A stretch of DNA of 59,497 nucleotides, the filler included, from Porpidia crustulata (lineage: Eukaryota), in NCBI GenBank assembly GCA_964255105.1. It is 8 parts of 8 records of this genome, joined end to end, with 100 filler letters (N's around TTAATTAATTAA, not from the genome) between each part and the next. Parts side by side here need not be neighbours in the genome. Positions count along the whole stretch, not along the records: positions 44,728 to 52,063 come from CAXUWE010001350.1; positions 52,164 to 59,497 come from CAXUWE010001351.1; 6 more parts are not named here. The stretch is one strand, 5' to 3'. Numbering within the stretch: the stretch's first letter is position 1; each line of letters opens with the position of its first letter. The notes below the pieces were generated by a model. The model saw nothing but the letters and a program-made list of their open reading frames with translations, was not told the origin of the DNA and ran no database searches. Positions 50,255 through 59,497 of this stretch are shown here, piece after piece. The position numbers and the translations under genes are program-made.

Positions 50255-50963
50255 GCTTCAAAATGGCCCTAATCGCCCATTTGCGAAAAAGGTAATACAA
50301 ATCATCTTGATAGCTTATCGACCGCTGACTTTAGATAAAAATGATTTCGCTCTCAGCGCAGGTAAGCACACTTTATCCTATGCTAATCTGAAACTGGAGG
50401 GATCTTCTCGACTGCAAGAAACACTTCCAAGCCGCTGTGCTTTTATGGTCTCAGTTATCCAATCGAAAGTCCATTTTATTTACCAGCCAGTCAAGGAGTT
50501 CCTACTCGGTGAGTTTGGTACAATACCGTCCGCTTGCAGAGCCTGGCAGAAATCTTTAAGCCTAGAGGAATCTCATCACCTCATGGCAGAGATTTGCCTA
50601 CGATCTATTACCTTCCCAGAAATTAGATTGGATCAGGCGAACATACATAACGCTTTACTCCCCGAGGTGCAACGAAACATGGAACCAAATTCATACTGCC
50701 AGAAACATGGGATTTTGTCATATAGCGCAAACTATTGGGCGGAACATTTCCTCAACAAAAGAAATAACAAGGGTATAGAAAGCGTTAGATATGTCCTAGA
50801 GAATAGCGATTGTGGTTCAATCAGAGGACGTCGGTCCAGTGATAACGGTAGTACACTGCACGCTGCTTCGGCTGGAGGATATATGGAGATTGTTCTGATA
50901 ATGCTGGAGAATGGGGCTGATATGATTGCGGGAAATGGAAAATATAGTACAGCGCTGGCGTGA
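50255..50963 (+). pseudogene. Second NLR fragment (post-NACHT winged helix + ankyrin repeat)
   Basis: IILIAYRPLTL, VHFIYQPVKEFL, MAEICL, YSANYWAEH and the ankyrin repeat TLHAASAGGYMEIVLIMLENGAD. Confidence 0.75.
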
Positions 50964-51682
50964 GCATCACCCGGACACCATCCGGAGATTGGACTGATGC
51001 CGAGCAAGTGGGTCAAACAGGCCAAGTCAGTTTTATGACGAAGAAGAGGAATGGACGGTAGAAAAAGAATGGCAAACCTGAAAACAAAAAGATCGAGAAG
51101 GTACAGTTAATTGTAAGCAGACATTTCAGATGATTTCATAGTCAAATTTGTAAATAAACGGCAGCGAATGAAGAAATGGACAAATGTGAAGCTATTCAGG
51201 AGAATGATATCTAACTTTAGATGCTTCGAGAAAGTGAGCTACACTTCGAGTCAATTAGGCATGGCATATGATACAATATCACGAGCTAATTATATGATAC
51301 TGAATCTATGTAAGCGCGTTAAATTCTCACAAAGATAAGCTGCCGGCCTCATTGCCCAGATAAATCCGGAGTGGTCACAGTAATTTAAGACAAAGGAAAT
51401 CGAATGATATATTGAGGATTGAGCTAAGATCAATCGAATCAAAAAGGGTACGGAGTAGAGATTAGAAGGAAATTACATTGCAGGAAATGAGAACTCACTT
51501 ACCCTGGTCTCCTTTGTTTCAAGCTAGGTATATATCGAGATGACCGCTTTATACTTTTGAAATTATACGATTGAATCTAATCAAGCGAAGAAACGAGTGG
51601 AGGGTTAAAAAGATCTAGCAAATCGAATGGCTAAAAAAAAGAGCTTTTAAGAGTATAAGGGTCTCGAGGATATCGAAATTAA

Positions 51683-51990
51683 GCAAGGCAACTCAAGCCG
51701 GAGGCTGAGAGATCCATTTCAGGCTCCTGTTTGTTGTGCCCTGTACTGCCTACATGCTCTCTTTGCTGCGCCTCATGCTCCCTCGATGCTCCCTCGATGC
51801 TCCCTCGATGCTCCCTCGATGCTCCCTCGATGCTCCTCCATGCTCCCTCGTTGCTTACTCGTGTTCTCTCGATGGTCTCCCGTGCTCCCTTACTGCGCCC
51901 CTATGCTCCCTCGCTGCTCCCTCTAAAGCAGTCATGCTCCCTTCTCCGACCCAGAAAGGCAATCCCCAATCCTTAGTTCGGGGTGTGTAG
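51683..51990 (-). mobile_element. Dispersed repeat copy B, containing an (ATGCTCCCTCG)x5 minisatellite, next to a (TA)n tract
   Basis: Five perfect 11-mers at 51775-51829 plus degenerate units. Homologous to 38615-38825. Confidence 0.7.
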
Positions 51991-52063
51991 AATATATATA
52001 TATATATATGTAGAAAAAGCGAAAATATGCTGTCGTAGAACTGTGGTTTTGGTTGATTAAGGG

Positions 52064-52163
52064 NNNNNNNNNNNNNNNNNNNNNNNNNNNNNNNNNNNNN
52101 NNNNNNNTTAATTAATTAANNNNNNNNNNNNNNNNNNNNNNNNNNNNNNNNNNNNNNNNNNNN
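52064..52163. other. Artificial contig spacer
   Basis: N44-TTAATTAATTAA-N44. Confidence 0.99.
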
Positions 52164-52998
52164 GTGGGGAGGGGCCGGAGATCGGCAAGGATGAGGGAGA
52201 GGTCGCGGAGGGCGCGGGCGAAGTCGGTGGATAAGGTGTCGAAAAGGCCGGAGGTGTTGAGAGTCAGCGTGGACGTGGCGGAGGATAAAGGACCAAGCGT
52301 GGTGATGGTAGGGCTGAGCTTGAATTCAAGACTTGAGCCGAGATAAGGTGTTGCCAGCTTTTTGAGAACCTGATCCTGGGTTTTCGTCACCGCCTTGTAC
52401 TTCTTTGACCCGGTCCTTGCGTCGACTCCATCGTATCGAGCCTTGCCTCCACCAATGACAAAAGCTCGAATACCAGCACTGACATTCTGGACCACTTGCG
52501 CTTGAACAGACGGCGTGTGGCTGAAGTGTCGAACACCTTGTCTTCCACTGCCGCCAAGACCATACCCTCCGGCCGTGCGAGGTAGCGTTCCACCCGTTAG
52601 ATTTGGCCGAAGCGTTGACGCGAATGGCGCTGCTCCACTTCGAGCGACGGCTCTGCTTGTTTTGGAGGCGGGAAAAGGAGCTCGTCCTCCAGAGCTAGGA
52701 CCAGAAGGAAGATTGCGAGCGCTTTTGGAGAACCAGCGTTGCTGCGAGTGTGATTGCCGGAATCGTGCTAAAGCATGACTGGATTGAGGTTGAGCGTAGA
52801 TGCGTATTGGTTCAAGCGTTGCGTTTCCAGCACTGGCTGTAGATGCCGGGAGTTTAGAGCGGATGATGGCATTGACTTCAGCAAGAGCGAATCTAAGTAA
52901 TGTCAGCAGCGCTTGAGAATGGAGCCATTGATCACAAATCCATACTTGAGAACCCTCATGGCCTTAGGGACCAAGAGATGTCCGCTTGATGGTGCCAT
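52164..52998 (-). CDS. Conserved Pezizomycotina hypothetical protein (homologues often labelled 'casein kinase II beta 2 subunit'), 3'-truncated
   Basis: MAPSSGHLL.., intron 52893-52945, then APFASTLRPNLTGGTLPRTAGGYGLGG..RHFSHTPSVQAQVVQNVS..KARYDG. Confidence 0.7.
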
Positions 52999-53965
52999 CG
53001 TGGACCTTGGGTGATATCAGCTATCGCGGACGGGAACCGATGATGAACAAAGCACGTCGTGGAGTGGGAGTGGCGGACATGTATTGCCACATACATCCCA
53101 ATATAGTAAGGCGTGCTATCATAAGCGTCTGTTAGGCGACGGCTTTATGTTTATCCGACCTGCTTGACTGTGGCTGATGAATTTATTCGTTGCAGGCATG
53201 GCAGGTTGAATGGAAGAATGATATTTCCGTTACTTGCTGCGACGTGGACTTTTTGGGTTGGATGGCTTAGTGGATAATGTATGTTCAAATATGTACCAGC
53301 GTGAAGCATAGATTCTACAATTGCATGCCCGCCTTCCAACGTAGCCAATGTCGCATTTTCGACAAAAGGCTGAGCAACTCTCCCTCTCAAGCAAACGGGC
53401 GGTAGGCTTGGTCCATGATGTCGGGCGTCGAGTAACAAAATGCTGCATTGTTCCGCCTAGCCCAAGATTTTGAGGAAACCAGTGACATGGTCTCGAAAGC
53501 GAGATTTTTCTGGGGACGATCTGCCTTGAAAGCCGTTGTTTGATTGAAACCATAGCGTTGTGAGCAACTTTGATCCAAGTTTTATGCCTTGCGGATTATC
53601 TTGAAACTTTTCACAAATACTCTATCCGAAATGCCGCTGCATCATCTCCAAGCAGGGTTCAGCCCAGACATTGCTGAATCTTGAACCTGTGCGTTAGTAG
53701 AAAAGAAGGAAAGGGTCTATTTAAGCCGTGGCAGCATCAATTCCAGCCGATAGATAATACCCCAAGACGCTGAAGCTCCTTCGATATGCTGAGAACAGAA
53801 CGCCAACATAGCTTTTGCCTTGATCGTGGTCCAGCGAAAGAAATGTGAAGGTCGGAGAAGGATGAAAACAACAGAAGCATTACTCATTGAATGCCAGTCA
53901 CGCTTGCAGAACCCAAAATTACTCATATGTCTAGACGACGGACGGTCGACTTCGTAAACCTGATT

Positions 53966-56900
53966 TCACCGTTCGAGCTCAGCTTTGAGTTCCGCGTCAA
54001 TGATGTTGTCAATCTTCTTGCGGCTCTTCAAGTTGAACGCGCCGTTTCTCCACGCAGCCCTCAACTTATCAAAAGCTAACCTCTTAGTCCCTAGATGATC
54101 ATCTTTCACCAGGTTCACAAAATCGCGAGCGACTTCGTCGGAGATGACCTTCTGGCCAAGTATCGACTCGTCGTAATACTGTATCAGATTTCGAATGCCA
54201 ACAGTGGAGTCATGTTCTTTGGCATCTTCAAATGCCACCTTCCGGAATTCTTCGTACATGCGTGTATTGAAATTTCGAATGAGGAAGTGTGACCAGAATT
54301 GATAGAGAATATCCATGTCGCGGTGACAGTTGCCCGCTCCGAGTTGCTCTCGCTGTTTCAAAGCATTTCGGCGGAAAATGTTGTATGACTCGTGGGTCAG
54401 ATCACTTGGTAGCGAATCAATCGGGGTATCTTTGTCCTTGACCCAGAATACAGGTGACACATTCGAGTTGCCTTGCCGGCTAGGTGATGTTACATGTGGT
54501 GAACTTCGAGATCTCTGAGGTCGACCTAGGTCCGTACTATAATATGTTAGCAATGTGGTTCAATGGCAATCAATGACATGCTCAATCGTACTTACAAAGC
54601 TGTTGATGCTTCACCGTTGACAGTCGACTTCGTTTGACGCTCTTCAAGTTTGAAGAGCTCCTCATTAATGGTTCGGCCATCAATGGAGCCATTCGAGAAC
54701 GTACGAGAAGACTGTGAGTGAAATGGAGGGGGCAGAGGCGACAAAGGGTTGATATGTTTGCGAACGACAATCATCAGACTCTCAACCTGCTCATCCGTAA
54801 AAGAACTTGCTCCATGGGTGCTAGCATCCATAGACAGAGCGCGGGTATTCAAGGACAATATTGCAGGTGCAAATTCTGGTACTGCTGCAGATAGAGGCGT
54901 TTGTGTGACTGAGACATCGGTGATGTTACCATTCGTCATCACGGATGGCGCAGCTGGGACAAAGGACGAGGTAACATCATTATGAGGCTGATATTGACCG
55001 TCTTCAGGTCTTGGGCCAGTGCCGTTGAATCTAGATAGATTTCCTTGACGGTCCTCGTAACCATACGGGACATCGGCCATTGATAGATGGGGCATACTCG
55101 GCTGCTGCGCAGGGGTGAGACCATCGTTTTGCGCTGTTGGATCGCGATCCTCAATGTTGAGTACCCACTGCTGCCAGCCTTCTCGTTTACGCAGGCGGTC
55201 GACTCCATCGATGCCCTGTCGAAACTCCATAATTGGCGAATTCAGACAGACGTACTTGATCAGCTCCGTGTCTGGAGTCAGTTGTTTGATGCGGTTGAAC
55301 TTTGCCAAAACACTGAGAAATACAAATCCTTGGGAGTCCATGTGTTTGCGAAGAAACATATCTTTGCAGAGATTGTCTACGGAGAAGTAATATTCCCTAG
55401 ACATCATCAGTCTTGCTTCATATTCTTACTATAGGGAGTACATACATTTGCATCGAGACCATATTAAATAGTGAAACTTGGTCCATATATGGATTGTATG
55501 GCATAGCACTCATTATACCTTGGTTACCAGGAAGAAAGCCAAATTGATTGGCTAAGTCTGTCTGAATGTTTGGCAGGTTAGGTGGTCCAGAATGAGATGC
55601 ACTCTGGTACCGGCCGTACGGTGTCGAATGCGGTATTGACTGAGAGCGGGAATTCGAGCGGAATGGTCTGCCATGTGCTTGCGACGATTGAAAGGGCCCG
55701 TTCGGTTGTACCGCATGCCGTTCATGATTGGACTGCGATTTCGTAGGCGGAGGTGGTGCAGGAGACTGGTATTGATATTGGTAATTGCCGGAAAAGCCAT
55801 GGCTGTTCATCATAGTGGAATTCGAGAAACCATGGTTCCCACCTCTTCCCCGAGGTCCACCGCGACCACGTTCTGACCGCCCTTCACCACGTTCACGAAT
55901 TGGCATATAGCCGTGGTAGTCCCTCGAGTAGTCTGGCGGTCTCATTGATCCTTCACTCCGTCGTTCGGGTCCAGCTGATCTAGGGTACGCATGAGTATCA
56001 TAGGGCACACTTTGGCGTCTCTCGTCCTTGGTTGTCGTGAGTTGCGCCGGCTTCTCCAGGTAGGTTGCTCCACTGCTTACTGATAAATTTTGAGCTGTGA
56101 GTGACGGTTCCGTCTGTGCTGCAGTGGAGGTCTTCCGAGACTCGGTGCCAGCAGGTCCATTCTGACTTCCTGAAGTGGCCGAAACATCAAAGTCACTGCG
56201 TTTCTCTATCGTGGCTGAATCAACAAGTTTCCGCTGCTCTCTAAATATTGGGGGCCCAGCACTTGTAGCTTTCTTAGGTCTCGAAGAATTCGAGGGATTC
56301 TTGCTTGAGCTCACGTCTGCTCTTCCGCGATCGCCCGCGCCATCTAGGATGGCACCAGTGGAGTCGCCAACCTGTCCTGCCACTTGCTTTTCATTACTGT
56401 TACCCCCATGATTAGTATTGCCCCCGTGGGAAAGACCTCCCCGAGTGCCACCATCTTTACCGCGAGCGAGCCTACCGCCTCTCCGATTAGGTAGAGGTGT
56501 ATTGAATACAGCACTTGGTACATATGGTATCGGCATCCATTTCTCTTTTCCATGGGGTTTCGTGTTTGAAGGTTTGTCCCTGTCACCCTTCTCCACTCTT
56601 TCGTGCGCTTTCTTTTTCTCCTCACCTTGTGCACTATCTGGAGTCGGCCAAGATATCGCGTCTCCAGGGGGTGGTGGCGGGGCTACTACTGCGGCTACCG
56701 ATTTCTCAATTTCCGGTGATTGTCCAGGCCGATGTGTACCAACTTTATTCCGTCAGTGAGTAACTCAGACCGAACCCAAGCAAGACATTACCATCTTCAC
56801 CAAATTTTGCTCTACCCTCCCCTGATTTATGGCCGTCCTTAGATGCTCCCAGGCCTGCCCGCTCTTCTGTGGTCCCGACACTGTTCTTGGCCTTTCTCTT

Positions 56901-57680
56901 ACTATCCTGCTTTCTACTGTCAACACCGCTATCCAAATTCTTAGAAGTTGTTCCGTTGCTATTTCCATACATAGCATCTGAGGTTGCTGGTTTCGATTTT
57001 GGGGCAGATGTTGCGTTCTTACTGGCTTTGGTCTTCGCATCCTGGGCTTCCCTACGCTGCTTCCAAAAATTGATGGCCGGCGGCGGTGCTTCCTTGAACG
57101 ATGCTGGTAGCAGGGGCTCCTCGTCCCATGTTGTGCCAGCGCTCTGCTCCTTCTCTCCATCTACCTTCTCACCAGTCTTCATGCCGTTTTGAGACGTTTG
57201 CGATTGCTTTTCCCAGGTGGAATCAGAAGATCCATTGGGTGTTGAGAACATGTCATCCTCTTTAAGCAATGTAGACGTCGACGCGGTACCGAAGCCAGGT
57301 GATGATGGCGTAGAAGCGACAAGAATATCATGGCCCTCTTGTTGAGAACGAGGTGATGGTGATGTGGTTGCATGTCCGGCCTCGTCAGCTCTAGATGGCA
57401 CGTCGTTGAGTTCAACTCTAGTCTTCAGATCACCCCCAAGTGATTTACGACTTTCACTTACGGTCCTTTTAGCGATAGGTCTGTCAGAGGACGTTGTTGT
57501 ACTTTTTGGTTCTGATATTGAGGTCCTCCTGGTGTCTATCCCTGTAGTTTCGGAAAGAGCCTTACCGGAAGAGTTTAGGGACGGTACCGTAGGAGATTTA
57601 CCTTTCGCAGCCTGAGCATAAGAGAACATTGGCACGACTTGCGGCAACTCCCCAATGGAATTTTGTTCTGCCGCGGACAT
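53966..57680 (-). CDS. La-related protein, LARP1-like (La motif + PAM2-like + DM15), multi-exon
   Basis: FSYAQAAKG, La motif EYYFSVDNLCKDMFLRKHMDSQGFV, LSAAVPEFAP, and DM15-like DMDILYQFWSHFLIRNFNTRMYEEFR. Confidence 0.9.
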
Positions 57681-58909
57681 CTTGACGTGAGCTGTCGCTT
57701 CGTGCGAGTTTGTTGTATGACTTCTTCAACAATTATCACAAGAAATATATTGCCAAGGGTCCAACGGATGACAGGGAGAGGTGAACAACCTCCACCCACA
57801 CCTAGCTCCACCAGGCAAACCCCACTTCCTGATATTCCAGTCCTTCAAAGTAGACAGGACCTCCTATGAAAGTTGTAGTACCTTGAGGCCAGAAACCAAC
57901 TTCCCCAATATTGCAGATACCTACGGCGCGTTCAAATGTTTGGAACCTAATTACAGCCACGAGACCGGATGTCGTAGGTCTTTTGTCGGCAGTGTTGGTA
58001 AGTTCCTTCAGAAGCGTTGAATTGTTGGTCGATGACACATAAATGGCGCAGTGTTGAACGGAGTTAAGCTGATCGTAGATCTTTGTGCAGCGGAACGTTG
58101 GCCTTGAGAGGTAAGAATTGTGGTGGTAGAATAAGCCAAGTTGAATAGGCCTCAAAGTAGTGGCTGAAAATTAATGTACCGCCAATATCAATCCGGAGTC
58201 CGATTGAAGGTTTGGGCGCAAACTATTTCAAACGTCAACACATAGCTGCAATCGGGACACCCGGATACTTGATGTATTTTAAGCGTAAAAATGGGCTTAC
58301 AGCCTGGGCCAGCTCTCGTATCCCAAAGTACTGGCTGGTGAAAAACTCAAGTCACCGCGCGCCGTAGGCTTTCGAGGTAAATCAACTTAAGATTTCTTAT
58401 GCCCTTCGTGAGGATGCACCAATGACTGTTGATAATACTGTAAGCGGTAGAAGCTTTGTATATTGCGGTGAAGAGATCACTAAGAGGTTTAGCGAATACA
58501 ATATGTGTGGAAGAAAGATGTTTGGGAGGTGGGAACGAAGAGGGAGGTGAAGGTGGAGTACTTCGGTACGTAGGTGCGTGGGTACCTAGAAAAGTTTCTG
58601 TAGTGTGCGTCGTTCGTAGCGTGACATAATGGAACTTCACCTCCCTCCAACCCTCAACAGCACTAGGGCATGGTCAAGGCTTCAGTCTACTCAAGTATTT
58701 ATACTAGCAGAAATGCATATACCAATTCCTATCGAACAGTTCTGATCATTTTGGACTTATCAGACTAGGAGCTAGACTGTGCATTTCCTATCAAATATTT
58801 TACTCTTATGCCCTGATCCAATGACCATACTCCACGCTATGCTTCATTATGCCTACTTATCAGTCCCGTATTTCAAAATTCTCCCCCAAACGCCTGCAGA
58901 AATGTGGTC

Positions 58910-59440
58910 TTATCCGTTCATACCGCTTCCTCGTAGGTACCTCGTAAAGCTATGCTCCTCTGTTGATCCTTTAGGGGCCCCTTCATCAATCAATGCATTC
59001 TTATACCGATGCGAGAGCCCACCATCTGTGAACGTGTCTTCTTCACCATTTTCCACTCCAGAGTCATATCCGTCAGGCCCAGCATCAGAATCCGTTTCGT
59101 CGTCCATGTCGCTGATTGTGTTCGTGTCCTGCTTCGGGTTTGCGACCAATGGAATTCCATCAGTGTCGGTAACGTTCATATCTTTCATCAATCTTCCAAG
59201 CTCTTCCTTCCTCTTACCTTCCTTCCCCTGCTGCCTCTCGGCCCTTCGCTTTTCTAGCTCGGGTTTATAATCTCTCTCAAACTCTTTGGCTTTTTCACTC
59301 ACAGCTTCAAAGAATTCTGTGACTCCCTGTCCTGTCATGGAGCTAACTCCTACGACACTAAGGTGACGATAAAACTCTTCCAACATGAGGCTCATACTGT
59401 TCAGTAGAGATCCCATGTATCCACTACCGCCACCACCCAT
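58910..59440 (-). CDS. GPN1: GPN-loop GTPase 1 (Npa3/XAB1), C-terminal part; 5' part missing
   Basis: GSGYMGSLLNSMSLMLEEFYRHLSVVGVSSMTGQG..FFEAV..EFERDYKPELE, followed by an acidic tail. Confidence 0.9.
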   Translation of the reverse strand: MGGGGSGYMGSLLNSMSLMLEEFYRHLSVVGVSSMTGQGVTEFFEAVSEKAKEFERDYKPELEKRRAERQQGKEGKRKEELGRLMKDMNVTDTDGIPLVANPKQDTNTISDMDDETDSDAGPDGYDSGVENGEEDTFTDGGLSHRYKNALIDEGAPKGSTEEHSFTRYLRGSGMNG

Positions 59441-59497
59441 GCCCCCCCCCCCCCCCAGACCCCCCCACGGGGGATGGTCTGAAAATATTAAGGGAGC

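Overview
This is not one locus. It is eight unrelated contigs of about 7.3 kb, sorted by size (7366, 7366, 7355, 7353, 7345, 7342, 7336 and 7334 bp). They are joined by artificial 100-bp spacers (44 N + TTAATTAATTAA + 44 N), so adjacency across spacers means nothing. The DNA is from a filamentous ascomycete (Pezizomycotina): short GT-AG introns with CTRAC branch sites and typical fungal gene families. A lichen or metagenomic source is only an inference. Conserved genes include an SDR, fimbrin, RFT1, a kinesin-10-like motor, AIM24, ATM1, mitochondrial LeuRS, an ATF/CREB bZIP, a LARP1-like protein and GPN1. Accessory content includes a HET gene, a Clr5-domain gene, NLR/HET/AAA pseudogenes, two small secreted proteins and a dispersed repeat. 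The standout is in contig 4. A spliced, secreted 184-aa precursor carries seven Kex2-flanked repeats (KR-EAADADDKVVYTWSLPEEKx) and is transcribed head-to-head with a DUF3328/UstYa-like gene. This is the architecture of a fungal dikaritin-type RiPP locus, with a VVYTWS core I do not recognise from characterised compounds. All family assignments come from motif recognition by eye; no searches were run.
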